DNA of 64,000 nt. Source: an uncultured Candidatus Saccharibacteria bacterium. GTDB lineage: Bacteria; Patescibacteriota; UBA1384; DTJR01. The first letter of the stretch is position 1. Every line of letters starts with the position of its first letter. The position numbers were made by a program, and so were the translations under genes. The stretch is from the NCBI GenBank assembly GCA_964487045.1, contig CAZAOT010000003.1, positions 136,983 to 200,982 of the forward strand, read 5' to 3'. Of the stretch, positions 10,931-22,081 are shown one piece after another. The notes beneath the pieces were generated by a model that was not told where the DNA came from, ran no database searches, and saw nothing but the letters and a program-made list of their open reading frames with translations.

Positions 10931-11412
10931 TATTTCACTTTATCTATAGCTTTTTGAATGCTGGTTTTATCAACTTCTGATTCCATGACTTTTTCACTGA
11001 TCAAGAGAGCTAGGTCGGTGATTTCTTTCTTAGCTTTTTCGACTATTTTCTCTTGTTCGGCTAAGGCTTGTTTTCGAGATGATTCGATAATCTCGGCTGC
11101 CTTATCTTGTGCTTCTTGGATTTTCTTTTGCGTTTCTTCACCAATTTCTTTCTTGGCCGAGGCAACGATTTTTTCGCTTTCGCTCGAGGCTTTTGAAAGA
11201 AGTTTTTTACTTTCCTCGCTTGCTTGCTCTAAGCGTTTTCGAGCCTCTTCAGAATCCTTCAAGCCCTGCTCTATTTTTTTCTTTCTGTCTGAGAGCATGT
11301 TGACGATCGGGCCATAAAGAAATTTTCGAAGTAGCAAGAATAAGATCAAGAAGTTGATAACTTGAGCGATTAGAAGCTTCCAGTCAATTCCTAAGCTTTC
11401 TAGTGCTTCCAT
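10930..11412 (-). CDS. atpF: F0F1 ATP synthase subunit b
   Basis: 160 aa with an N-terminal transmembrane helix and a long charged coiled coil, in the expected operon position. Confidence 0.85.
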   Translation of the reverse strand: MEALESLGIDWKLLIAQVINFLILFLLLRKFLYGPIVNMLSDRKKKIEQGLKDSEEARKRLEQASEESKKLLSKASSESEKIVASAKKEIGEETQKKIQEAQDKAAEIIESSRKQALAEQEKIVEKAKKEITDLALLISEKVMESEVDKTSIQKAIDKVK

Positions 11413-11414
11413 CT

Positions 11415-12435
<1,021 letters not shown>

Positions 12436-12436
<1 letters not shown>

Positions 12437-12681
12437 TAGTCTAATTTATCTATTTCTTTAGTCAGGTTTTTGGTCATTTTTCTAATCCATAATATCGTTA
12501 TTATAAGTGCGAGAGAGGCTCCGATGACTAGTAACCAAGGAGTTGTACCAAGCTGGTTATCAACAATTTTTCCGCCGTAAGCCAACAAAACAAGAGGCAA
12601 AACTGTTGCTAAGGCAACCTTACCAAGAAACTTCAAAGAAAAAAAGAGTCGTTTTTTCATAAATATGGCTCCTAAGCGCAA
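12436..12681 (-). CDS. AtpI/AtpZ-like small membrane protein (atp operon leader gene)
   Basis: 81 aa with two transmembrane helices. It is the first gene of the atp operon and directly abuts atpB. Confidence 0.5.
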
Positions 12682-12704
12682 GATATCAAAAATATAAAAA
12701 AGGT

Positions 12705-12729
12705 CAATCCTGCGAGGATTGACTCTTGA
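12705..12729. promoter_or_regulatory. perfect 9-3-9 palindrome GTCAATCCT-GCG-AGGATTGAC in the divergent atp/rsmI intergenic region
   Basis: Seen directly in the sequence between the atp operon start (12681, minus) and rsmI (12761, plus). It is a candidate operator or bidirectional element. Confidence 0.35.
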
Positions 12730-12760
12730 AGAAAGGGGGGCGGTTTGGTAGGCTTCTTTT

Positions 12761-13420
12761 ATGTTATATATAGTAGCTTCCCCAATTGGAAATCTTTCCG
12801 ATATTTCTTCACGAGCTTTAGAGACTTTAAAATTAGTTGACTATATTGCTTGTGAGGATACGAGGCGAACAGCAAAACTACTTAATCATTATGGCATCTC
12901 AAAAAAGATGGTTTCGCTTCATCAGCACACAAGTAACTATAAGCTCGCCCAAATAGCCGATGATTTGGATTCTGGCTTGGATATCGCTTACCTATCTGAT
13001 GGTGGAACTCCAAATCTTTCTGACCCGGGAGCGAAATTAAATGAGCTTGCTCTCGCAAAAGGGGTTCGAGTAGTACCGATTCCAGGTCCAAGCCCACTTT
13101 TGGCGCTTATATCTGTTGCTTCATTTGCTTGTTCTGATTTCAGATTTATTGGTTTTTTCCCAAAGAAGAAGGGGAGGGAGACCATGGCAAAGCAGATGGC
13201 TTTATCTAAACCCCCAATTTTCTTCTTTGAGTCACCTAATCGTATAATGAAAACCATTTCCCTTCTTCGTGAGAAAGCTCCCAATAAGAAACTCTTGGTT
13301 GGGCGTGAGCTAACGAAGGTTTTTGAGCAAATTATAGTACTTGATTTATCGGAAAATAATGTTGATAATATAGTTAACATACCTGAAAAAGGGGAGTTTG
13401 TCTTAGCAATATTTGAATAG
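12761..13420 (+). CDS. rsmI: 16S rRNA (cytidine1402-2'-O)-methyltransferase
   Basis: Tetrapyrrole-methylase fold with the N-terminus LYIVASPIGNLSDIS...CEDTRRT, characteristic of RsmI. Confidence 0.85.
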   Translation: MLYIVASPIGNLSDISSRALETLKLVDYIACEDTRRTAKLLNHYGISKKMVSLHQHTSNYKLAQIADDLDSGLDIAYLSDGGTPNLSDPGAKLNELALAKGVRVVPIPGPSPLLALISVASFACSDFRFIGFFPKKKGRETMAKQMALSKPPIFFFESPNRIMKTISLLREKAPNKKLLVGRELTKVFEQIIVLDLSENNVDNIVNIPEKGEFVLAIFE

Positions 13421-13480
13421 GTATTGCAAAGGCATTTAGCAATTAGCTATAATTGATATGTTTATAGATTAAGGAGGGCC

Positions 13481-16400
13481 ATGAAGAGAAAGTTCTCTAT
13501 TCAAAAAGGTTTTGTTTATGGTGTGACTGCAATCGCAGTGCTTGCTGTCGCCGTCGGACTTGTAGTAAGGTTTTCATCAGTCTCAGCCGATATAGCTGCT
13601 GATTCTAATGCGGACGCGGTATCGGAGTGTTATCAGAGCTATACCTCATGGCCATATAATGTCAGCAACAGATGCTATGAAACAATGGCTGCGGCTTGCA
13701 CTAGAACTGAAAGACTAGCAACTAAGACCCAAGCGACACCTACCACTGAAGAAAAAAGGGTCTATGGTGACAAGGTTCAGGCGTGGGATGTAGGCATTAA
13801 TAACGGAAATAGAAATGCAAAATTCCGACTATTGATAAATGCAAAACGAACCGGAACCACTGGCCCGGTCAGGTTTGATTTTGCTTTGCAGCCGACCATG
13901 ACCAATTGGGGCGGTAATTCAGATAGAATTTATATTATCTTTGGTGACGGCCTTGGCTATAAAAAAACATATAATTATATCGCGAAAAACACGGTTTGGT
14001 CGTCTTATATAAATAAAGAAATTTCGACTGGAAGTGTTAATATAATGTTCAGAGGAAAGAATGAAGATGGATGTATAAAGAGCGTTCTGAACATTTCTCA
14101 AGCTTTGGCTACCCCTACCCCGTCTCCTTCTCCTTCAGTAAGTCCTTCGCCAAGCCCATCTCCTTCCTCAACACCAACTCCTGATCCAAATTTACTTAGT
14201 GGTTTGAAGGGTTGTTATTATAATGGCAAGACCTTTGGTTCATTGCAGACCAACCGAAATGAAAATCTGAACTTCATCTGGGGTTCTGGTCCGGCTACTA
14301 CTAAAACAACTGCTGATAATTTCGCAGTACGATGGGAAGGTTATATCATTCCTAAATATACTGAAGCCTATACATTTAAGCTGAACTATGATGATGGCGC
14401 TAGAATTTGGATTGGTGGCAATCAATACATTAACGATTGGAATAATGGCAATACCAGAAGTAAGACTTCCCCGGCCATTTCGATGCAAGCAGGTGTGGCC
14501 GTACCGATCAAGATAGAGTATTTCGATAATACTGGTAATGCTGAGGCTCAACTTTCGTGGAAGAGTGCGCAACAAGCCGAGCAAGTGATTCCTGCCAGTA
14601 ACTTAAAGCACCATAAGGACTATATTTGTGCTGCAGGTTCTCAAACTTCAACTCCAACCCCAAGTCCATCACCCTCCAGAACTCCTTCGGTGACAACATC
14701 AAGTCTTGCTTCGGTAGTCCCGATCTTCTCAGCTACACTAGGCACAGCTGCAAGCTCAGATGGCAAAGGAGTAACTTTTACAGGTACTATTAATCCTATT
14801 GTTACTGGCTCAATACCAAATACAAATTACACCTTCTGGTGGAATTGTAACTCAGCAAAGACAACATATAGTACTATATATGCAGAATGCGGAGCTCCAG
14901 AGACCGTAGGTGTATCTCCTACCACTGATATGAAGGCGAATGGACGAAGGTTTTTGAACCTGAATGTTAATTCCAAATCGGCGACACGTAATTTCTCGAC
15001 TGCCATAAGAGGCAATACAGCACTTCTGTTGATCGAGAGAAATGGCAAGACGGCTGTGGCAAAATCAGTCTATAACTTCACGCCTGCTCTTCCATCGCAA
15101 ACCCCTGTAATCAGTGTTGCTCCAAGCGTTGCGCCAAGTCCAAGCATTGCGCCTCCTACAAGAACTCCAGTCCCAGCACTCTCGGTTAACCCAGTAGTTA
15201 GTATTGATACAACAAAGCTCAGAGATGGTCTCAAGGCTGATTACTTCAAAGGAACTGATCTAAAGGATGAGAATTTGACAACAACCAAGCTCGAGAAGAA
15301 CATCAACTTCAACTGGGGTGGGGTGGCACCAGCGACCGGAGTACCTGCAAGCGGTTTCTCCACCAGATTTACATCAAAAGTACTAGCTCCAGCAACAGGT
15401 GATTACTCAATCGGATTTAATCACAACGATGGCGTGAGGGTCTGGCTTGGTGGAAGATTGATAATTGATCAATGGAAGGATTGGGATGCTACCAAGTGTG
15501 CAGCCGATACTTCAAAGTGTGTTCTGGATGCTCAGGTATACAAAGCATCAGCTAAGGTGCGCCTTGAGCAGGGTAAGTACTATGATCTTAAGGTTGAGCA
15601 TTATGATAAGAATGGAAGAGCAGTCCTAAAGATGTTCTGGAAGAGGCCATCCTCAACTACTGGTGAAGTTGTAAGTCAGAGTGTTTTCTTCACTCCATAT
15701 AACCCAAATCCTCCATACGGCGGAGGAACTGGATTGATGGGAAGTTATTATGCAACCGCGAACTTAACAGATCTAAAGATGCGAAGAACAGATAGAGTAG
15801 TAAATTTCAACTGGGGTGCTAACGGACCTGCAACTCAGTGGAAAGACAAGTTCTCGGCTAGATGGGAAGGTTTTGTGCAGCCTCGATTTACCGAAAAATA
15901 CACTTTCATAGTTCAGGTAAATGATGGTGCGAGACTCTGGATCGATGGGAAGCAAGTTATCAACAAGTGGACTGACTCTGCAACAACAGCAACTTATACT
16001 GCCGATGTGAGCTTAACTGCCGGTAAGAAATATCCAATAAAGCTTGAAATGTACGAAAATACAGGAGATGCAGTGGTTATACTCAGATGGAAGAGCGCTA
16101 GTGAAAAAATAAATGATGTTCCAGCGGCTGCACTGTTCCCAATTGCAGTCCCAACTCCATCACCAACTCCTTCAAGAACAGTGAGTACAATCCCATCTAT
16201 CACTCCTTCTAGAACGGCATCAGTTGTACCGTCACCATCACCATCACCATCGCCATCCCTCTCCCCTGTTGACCATATTACTAAAACCTTCCAGCCAGGA
16301 TTCACCGGTATCTACATCCCTGACGCTGAGAAGCCACAGTTTACAAGCGCGTTAGCTGAGAAAGGATTGAGTCTCTACCAATATGGTCCGCTAGTCTATG

Positions 16401-16873
16401 ACAACAGCACACCTCCTAGAAAGACTTGGCTGACGGCAATCAATGTGTTCAATCATAAGATCGGATACTACGTTAAGAACCCAGGTACAAATGCAGTGAC
16501 TGTTGATCTACGATTTGACACACAACCTGAGGAAGCAGCTGATATGATGGTGTACAAGGGTTGGAACTTGCTTGCTAATTCCTCAACTACAGACAAGAAG
16601 CTTTCCGATCTAGTGTACGAGAAGAGAATCTGTACTGACGAGAGCGCTTCTGCTGGATGTGATGGCTACTCTGCAACCGTAAACTTCGGCAATCTCTCGT
16701 ATGGTTGGAAGGGTCAAGGAAAAGCTGCATATACTATTATTCATGAACTAAATGATCCTAGGGCAACCGATCAGACAGAAGAGCCATTCAAAGATATAAA
16801 TGTTAATTACGAAGGAATCGACAACGTAAAAATTTCCGCTGGTAAACTCTTCTGGATCTACTTCTTCGACTAA
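13481..16873 (+). CDS. large secreted/cell-surface protein with three PA14 domains and Pro/Ser/Thr-rich linkers
   Basis: 1130 aa with an N-terminal hydrophobic anchor or signal. There are three PA14-like modules (approximately 14170-14590, 15200-15690 and 15720-16120) with the pattern F..RW.G.I.P....Y.F....DDG.R.WI.G. Linkers of the PTPSPSPS type separate them. Confidence 0.8.
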   Translation: MKRKFSIQKGFVYGVTAIAVLAVAVGLVVRFSSVSADIAADSNADAVSECYQSYTSWPYNVSNRCYETMAAACTRTERLATKTQATPTTEEKRVYGDKVQAWDVGINNGNRNAKFRLLINAKRTGTTGPVRFDFALQPTMTNWGGNSDRIYIIFGDGLGYKKTYNYIAKNTVWSSYINKEISTGSVNIMFRGKNEDGCIKSVLNISQALATPTPSPSPSVSPSPSPSPSSTPTPDPNLLSGLKGCYYNGKTFGSLQTNRNENLNFIWGSGPATTKTTADNFAVRWEGYIIPKYTEAYTFKLNYDDGARIWIGGNQYINDWNNGNTRSKTSPAISMQAGVAVPIKIEYFDNTGNAEAQLSWKSAQQAEQVIPASNLKHHKDYICAAGSQTSTPTPSPSPSRTPSVTTSSLASVVPIFSATLGTAASSDGKGVTFTGTINPIVTGSIPNTNYTFWWNCNSAKTTYSTIYAECGAPETVGVSPTTDMKANGRRFLNLNVNSKSATRNFSTAIRGNTALLLIERNGKTAVAKSVYNFTPALPSQTPVISVAPSVAPSPSIAPPTRTPVPALSVNPVVSIDTTKLRDGLKADYFKGTDLKDENLTTTKLEKNINFNWGGVAPATGVPASGFSTRFTSKVLAPATGDYSIGFNHNDGVRVWLGGRLIIDQWKDWDATKCAADTSKCVLDAQVYKASAKVRLEQGKYYDLKVEHYDKNGRAVLKMFWKRPSSTTGEVVSQSVFFTPYNPNPPYGGGTGLMGSYYATANLTDLKMRRTDRVVNFNWGANGPATQWKDKFSARWEGFVQPRFTEKYTFIVQVNDGARLWIDGKQVINKWTDSATTATYTADVSLTAGKKYPIKLEMYENTGDAVVILRWKSASEKINDVPAAALFPIAVPTPSPTPSRTVSTIPSITPSRTASVVPSPSPSPSPSLSPVDHITKTFQPGFTGIYIPDAEKPQFTSALAEKGLSLYQYGPLVYDNSTPPRKTWLTAINVFNHKIGYYVKNPGTNAVTVDLRFDTQPEEAADMMVYKGWNLLANSSTTDKKLSDLVYEKRICTDESASAGCDGYSATVNFGNLSYGWKGQGKAAYTIIHELNDPRATDQTEEPFKDINVNYEGIDNVKISAGKLFWIYFFD

Positions 16874-16892
16874 GCTCTAAGGAAGGTATCAA

Positions 16893-18365
16893 TTGGGCAG
16901 AAACTCAGCAAATATTCTAGCTTTAGGTTGGCTGATTACGCTGCTCGGCGTGGTAGGTCTAGGGTTGACTTTAACCCTAGACCTATCTTCGTCAAAGGTG
17001 AGTAGTGGCTATTCATCTGGCAAATGCGTAACCGGAAAGTCATTCTATAAGAGATCCGATTTAACTAAGATTGAGAAAGAGCAATTTTCTTCTAATGCAT
17101 CTGGCTATGAAATAATCGGTACGAGCGGTGTAAAATATCGCTTAATTCTTGACTACCGCGTCAATGGTGCTTCTAGGGACCGATTGCAAACAAGAACATT
17201 TATTTCTTCAGACAACTTTCCTTCGCCTTTAAAATTAAAATTACTTATTAATAGTGCAATAGTTAGCCAGTCAGACATTAGTAGCAACACACCTTATTAC
17301 TATTTTGCAAAAGAATTTCCCTTAGAAGCAAAAAAAATTGCCTATGCAGCATCTCTTTATATCGGCGAAAATTGCGAATTTTCATCGGATGAACTTGTAT
17401 CGATCGATGAATTGTACGAATATGGCCAGAAGGTAGACAATTGGCCTGAAAATGCCGACATTCTTGCAAATTTCAAAAATCAGAATATTAGCCTTGTCAC
17501 AGGAGAGAATCTTGTCAGTTTCGATGATTGGACATACTTAGCGGGGCTCATCGATCGCGGTATAGAAATAAACTATTTTTCGCCCCGAGCGAATAAATGG
17601 CTGAAAATGTCAAAGAAAAACGCAATTGCTTATCCTGGGCGTATTTATAAACTTAAAAATTCATCTAGCTCTACTTTGACATTTAAAACCCCTAGCTTCA
17701 GAGTGCCTGATGATCTGAATTCCCAGGCTCTAGAACAAGGATGGAATCTTATGAATCTTAAAGGACAGAGTCCAAATGATAATAAATTTTATCTTAATCC
17801 TGATCCAATCAACCTTATTAGTGAAAAGCAGAAAACACTTAGTGAATTGATTAGCAGCAAGCTAATCACGGCTATTTTTAAGCAAGATAATGATAACCAA
17901 GATAATGTCTCTCTCGAGGAAAGTCAGACTAAGATTAAACAAGGAAAATACTGGCTTAAGCTCACCAGTGAGGCCGATACTAGCTTCAAGATGCCAAACC
18001 TAATTCTTAATATTGAAGGATCGGGTAATAGTTTTTCCTCAAATCAAGTTCCACTAAAATTGACTGTTGAAAATAAGGACTCAGCCAGCCATTTTGTTGT
18101 CTCTTCTGACGTGCTTGATCCTTGTCAAATCGGCATAAAAGTCAAAGATAATAGGGGTAAAATTGTCTATGATAGTTTTTCCTCTAGGGTCTGTCCTCTC
18201 TGGCCAAATATGGAAGAGCTTAAAGTTAACGAAAAAAAGGAATATAATTATCTATGGGAGGCGCCAAAAGGTATTAAGGGCGATTATACCCTGGAGGCTT
18301 ATTTCAATTATTCTCGTCTTCCAGGCAATAAAATAATCAAAAAATCGTCCCTAACATTCAAATGA
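16893..18365 (+). CDS. membrane-anchored hypothetical protein (surface-protein operon)
   Basis: 490 aa with a TTG start and N-terminal transmembrane helix. It lies immediately downstream of the PA14 protein and I recognise no known domain. Confidence 0.5.
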   Translation: MGRNSANILALGWLITLLGVVGLGLTLTLDLSSSKVSSGYSSGKCVTGKSFYKRSDLTKIEKEQFSSNASGYEIIGTSGVKYRLILDYRVNGASRDRLQTRTFISSDNFPSPLKLKLLINSAIVSQSDISSNTPYYYFAKEFPLEAKKIAYAASLYIGENCEFSSDELVSIDELYEYGQKVDNWPENADILANFKNQNISLVTGENLVSFDDWTYLAGLIDRGIEINYFSPRANKWLKMSKKNAIAYPGRIYKLKNSSSSTLTFKTPSFRVPDDLNSQALEQGWNLMNLKGQSPNDNKFYLNPDPINLISEKQKTLSELISSKLITAIFKQDNDNQDNVSLEESQTKIKQGKYWLKLTSEADTSFKMPNLILNIEGSGNSFSSNQVPLKLTVENKDSASHFVVSSDVLDPCQIGIKVKDNRGKIVYDSFSSRVCPLWPNMEELKVNEKKEYNYLWEAPKGIKGDYTLEAYFNYSRLPGNKIIKKSSLTFK

Positions 18366-18742
18366 AAAGAAAATCAAGGTTTAATTCATTCTATGCGGTA
18401 GTTTTTCTCGGAGTATTAGTTTTAGTGGTCTACTTTGTTGCTAGAAGTTTTCTAATATCGGCCGATCAATCAGACTCCTTCTATTACGCTAATCCGTTAA
18501 AAGTCGGTGACAATCAATTTATAACAACTAAGGCGATCGATTTATCTCAAAGGATAATTGGTATTAATGGGAGTTTGATTACAGTTGACGAAGCTAAAAG
18601 AAGAGGGGTGATAGAGGGGATTTTTAGTGAAGATGGTGGTGAATTTAGCTCAAATAGCTTGCTTGTTGATAATTCATCTTTTATAATAAAAGTACGCGAT
18701 ATTAGTGTGTCTCCAGCATTATTTTTGGAGGGGATAAGGTGA
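18362..18742 (+). CDS. membrane-anchored hypothetical protein
   Basis: 126 aa with an N-terminal transmembrane helix. Its start overlaps the previous stop. Confidence 0.45.
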   Translation: MKRKSRFNSFYAVVFLGVLVLVVYFVARSFLISADQSDSFYYANPLKVGDNQFITTKAIDLSQRIIGINGSLITVDEAKRRGVIEGIFSEDGGEFSSNSLLVDNSSFIIKVRDISVSPALFLEGIR

Positions 18743-19785
18743 ATAACGAAAAATTAGAAACCGGAGTTTCAGGGAAGAAGAATACTTCCAAAGTTTTGTT
18801 TATAGTTCTTGGGCTATTAGTGCTTGGTATTATTTCGCTTTTTGCTGGAGCCAAAATCTTCTCCAGACTGTCTATTTCGGCAGATACTTTGCCACCGATT
18901 CCTGGTGATCCGTTGAGTGAAGCATCGACTACGAGTACTCCAAGCTCAACAGCTGTGGCATCTTCTACCACTTCTCGTACCTCAACAGCAACTACTACGG
19001 TGAGCGTTTCTGGAACTTCTACTCCTCCAGGACCAGGAGACCCAACAGGACCCCCAATAAATCTCACTATTAAGGCTGGCTGGAGTATGATTTCTGGAAC
19101 AACATTATTCAACTTCGATGTCTCACCAATCACTCAAAAAGGAATTTACTTCTATTCTTACAATGATCCATATTTATCAAATAGAAACTGGATTGTTTCC
19201 TCACCCACATGTGCATCTCAGACTGACTTTTTCTGTACCTCTTTAAACCAGAAGTTCTCTCCGCTTCCCTATACAGGTTATTTTATCTATAATCCTGGCT
19301 CTCAGGTGACCGTTACCCTAAATCAAGTCAGCAGACTGACCCTGAGTCCTGACAATGCTATTTATGGCCGTGGATGGCACCTGGTGCAATGGACTGGCTC
19401 TGCGGCTACAAAGGCAGAGTTAATGAAACTCGCATCGGTGTACTATAGTAGTCAGCAAGCCGGCGCGAATAGTGTGAGCTCTAGTAGTTTCGAAAATTTA
19501 GCCAAGGAAGAGTCTCACCAGATCAGCAATAAGATATATGTTGTCCTTGACTCGTCGAGCATTTCATCCTCAACCGTTAAAGAACTCTCCGATACAGATT
19601 CATCAACAACAATAAGCAAGATTCCACAAAATAGTTATTTCTGGGTTTATTTGCGAAGAACCAAAGATAGGGCAAATAAGATAGTTGTTCCATATTCTGT
19701 AAGTGACTTTTTCCCGCCATCCTTACCTAACCAACCTGCTATAAATAACAATATATTACCTCCGGTTCCCCCCACTCCAAATTAA
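18739..19785 (+). CDS. membrane-anchored Ser/Thr-rich hypothetical protein
   Basis: 348 aa with an N-terminal transmembrane helix and an S/T-rich linker. Its start overlaps the previous stop. Confidence 0.45.
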   Translation: MNNEKLETGVSGKKNTSKVLFIVLGLLVLGIISLFAGAKIFSRLSISADTLPPIPGDPLSEASTTSTPSSTAVASSTTSRTSTATTTVSVSGTSTPPGPGDPTGPPINLTIKAGWSMISGTTLFNFDVSPITQKGIYFYSYNDPYLSNRNWIVSSPTCASQTDFFCTSLNQKFSPLPYTGYFIYNPGSQVTVTLNQVSRLTLSPDNAIYGRGWHLVQWTGSAATKAELMKLASVYYSSQQAGANSVSSSSFENLAKEESHQISNKIYVVLDSSSISSSTVKELSDTDSSTTISKIPQNSYFWVYLRRTKDRANKIVVPYSVSDFFPPSLPNQPAINNNILPPVPPTPN

Positions 19786-20567
19786 TGGATCTAATCGACA
19801 CTCACTGCCATCTTAACTTCAAGGCTTTTGACGCTGATTTCTTGGAGGTTGCTGAGCAATCTAGGCAAAAAGGAGTTAAGAAGCTTATACTTGTTGGTTC
19901 CGATCCAAAGACATCCCTAGAAGCACTAGAGAGGGCTAAGGAAATAAATGTAGTTCTACCCGAATTTGCATGCTCAGCAGTAGGAATTCACGCCATCCAC
20001 ACCGATAGGGTTGATTTTGCATCAATTGAAAAATTAGCCACCGACCCATTGGTGATTGCGATTGGAGAAAGCGGATTAGATTTCTTTCACGATAAGGAGC
20101 GCAAAACAGAAGAAAAGCAGATAGATCTCTTTAAGAGGCATATTGAGTTAGCGATAAGCTTAGATAAACCACTGATTATTCATAATCGCCAAGCAGACGA
20201 AAGAGTTCGTGAGATAATCGATCAGTATCCAGAACTTAAAAAAGCCGTTCTGCATTGCTTCGGAGCCGACCATAATATGGCCTCTTGGGCCGTCGAAAAA
20301 GGTTTTTATTTATCTTTTACCGGCAATATTACTTATGGCAATAAAAAGATCAAAAAAGCGATAGAGCGCACGCCAATAGAGCGGATTATGGTAGAAACTG
20401 ATGCGCCGTACAACGTTCCTGAACCTTTGAGAAGTGAGGGCGTTACTAAATGCGAGCCTTACATGGCAGAGGAAGTAATTAAGAAGATTGCTTTGGTTAA
20501 GAACATCGATTTTGAAGAAGCTGGTAAGCAGATCCATAAGAACTCAATAGATTTCTTTAATTTATAA
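19785..20567 (+). CDS. tatD: TatD-family metal-dependent DNase/hydrolase
   Basis: The N-terminus MDLIDTHCHLNF and the TatD motif pattern run throughout. Confidence 0.9.
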   Translation: MDLIDTHCHLNFKAFDADFLEVAEQSRQKGVKKLILVGSDPKTSLEALERAKEINVVLPEFACSAVGIHAIHTDRVDFASIEKLATDPLVIAIGESGLDFFHDKERKTEEKQIDLFKRHIELAISLDKPLIIHNRQADERVREIIDQYPELKKAVLHCFGADHNMASWAVEKGFYLSFTGNITYGNKKIKKAIERTPIERIMVETDAPYNVPEPLRSEGVTKCEPYMAEEVIKKIALVKNIDFEEAGKQIHKNSIDFFNL

Positions 20568-20657
20568 AAAGAAACAGCACGAAATTAAGATCTAGGGTAT
20601 TAAGATTGCAAAAGATTTTTAAATTTTTTTATATTGCTAATATTTTAATACTTACCC

Positions 20658-20685
20658 TTGACTTTTTGGAAATGTTATGTACAAT
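20658..20685 (+). promoter_or_regulatory. sigma70-like promoter, TTGACT -35 / 16-nt spacer / TACAAT -10
   Basis: A near-consensus hexamer pair is seen directly, upstream of the 72-aa gene and iscS. Confidence 0.5.
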
Positions 20686-20724
20686 GTTATGTAAGCCTGT
20701 GTAAATACAGGTTCAACTAACAAA

Positions 20725-20943
20725 TTGCTTATGAAAACCATCAATATCAATCAACTTCAGTCGCAAGTGTCAAGAATTATGAAGGATGTTGAGGGAGGGG
20801 AAAGCTACGAAGTCATGAGATATTCACGGCCAATTGCTGTGATTAGACCAAAAAAAGAAGAAAAAGGCGCCTCTGGATGTGCCGAGTGTCTTCTTAAGAT
20901 CGAAGAATTATCTAACAAAATCGAAAATCTAAAAAATGCCTAA
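20725..20943 (+). CDS. Phd/YefM-family antitoxin-like small protein (orphan)
   Basis: 72 aa. The N-terminal INQLQSQVSRIMKDVEGGESYEVMRYSRPIAVIRP fits the Phd/YefM pattern. No toxin partner is adjacent. Confidence 0.45.
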   Translation: MLMKTININQLQSQVSRIMKDVEGGESYEVMRYSRPIAVIRPKKEEKGASGCAECLLKIEELSNKIENLKNA

Positions 20944-22081
20944 ACGAAAGATTTATCTAGATTATGCTTCTACCACTCCGGTAGATCCGAGAGTACTTAA
21001 GGCCATGTTGCCTTATTTTTCGCAAAGGTTTGAAAATCCTTCTTCTATTTATTCAAGTGGACTAGAAATTTCAGATGTTCTTGTCAAGGCGCGAAATTCA
21101 GTTGCTCAATTTCTTGGTTGCCTTCCGGAAGAAGTGATTTTTACTTCCGGTGGAACTGAATCGGACAATTTAGCGATTTTCGGATATCTTGAACGATTTG
21201 ATAGCGGACATATTGTAACTTCTGAGATTGAGCATCCAGCCGTTTATGAAGTATTCAAAAAGTTAGAAACCAAAAGATTCAGGGTTACTTATCTTAAACC
21301 AGATAAAAATGGTTTGATCTCTCCTACGGATTTATCAAAGGCGCTTAAAAAAGATACTTTGCTTGTGTCGATTATGTATGCTAACAACGAAATTGGCACA
21401 ATTCAGCCGATCAAGGAATTTGCGAAGGTACTCAGCGATCATAAGGCCATTCTTCACACCGATGCTTGCCAAGCTTCATTGTATTTACCAATGGACGTCA
21501 AAAAACTAGGTGTTGATATGCTTTCTTTAAACGGATCAAAAATATATGCTCCAAAGGGTGTCGGAGTTCTTTATAAAAAGTCTGACTTGAAAATTTCAAG
21601 TCAGATAATTGGTGGTGAGCAGGAAAATAACCTAAGAGCCGGAACCGAGAATGTACCGGCGATTGTCGGGCTGTCAAAGGCTCTCGAGCTAATTTCTTCT
21701 AAAGAATCGGCGCGTGAGCTAAAGCTTCGTGATTATTTAATTAAGAAGCTTAAGAGTAATAAATCAATTTCTTTTAATGGTTCGCTTAATAAGCGCTTAC
21801 CTAATAATATTAATTTTTCAATAAATGGAATCGAGGGAGAATCGGTTTTGCTTGATCTTGATAAACAGGGGATTTTAATCTCAACCGGATCAGCCTGCTC
21901 GAGCAAAAGCTTAAAACCTTCGCGGGTTATTGCTTCAATTAGAGATGAAAAAACTGCTCACGAATCAATCAGGGTAACCTTGGGACGCTTTACCACTAAG
22001 GCAGAACTTGATATATTCATTAGCGCCTTAAACAAAACCATCAAAAGATTTTTAGAAATGAGCCCATATGGCAGAAGTTAA
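20936..22081 (+). CDS. iscS: cysteine desulfurase (NifS/IscS family, class V aminotransferase)
   Basis: N-terminal YLDYASTTPVDPRV and a PLP-binding region. It is followed by a scaffold gene. Confidence 0.9.
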   Translation: MPKRKIYLDYASTTPVDPRVLKAMLPYFSQRFENPSSIYSSGLEISDVLVKARNSVAQFLGCLPEEVIFTSGGTESDNLAIFGYLERFDSGHIVTSEIEHPAVYEVFKKLETKRFRVTYLKPDKNGLISPTDLSKALKKDTLLVSIMYANNEIGTIQPIKEFAKVLSDHKAILHTDACQASLYLPMDVKKLGVDMLSLNGSKIYAPKGVGVLYKKSDLKISSQIIGGEQENNLRAGTENVPAIVGLSKALELISSKESARELKLRDYLIKKLKSNKSISFNGSLNKRLPNNINFSINGIEGESVLLDLDKQGILISTGSACSSKSLKPSRVIASIRDEKTAHESIRVTLGRFTTKAELDIFISALNKTIKRFLEMSPYGRS

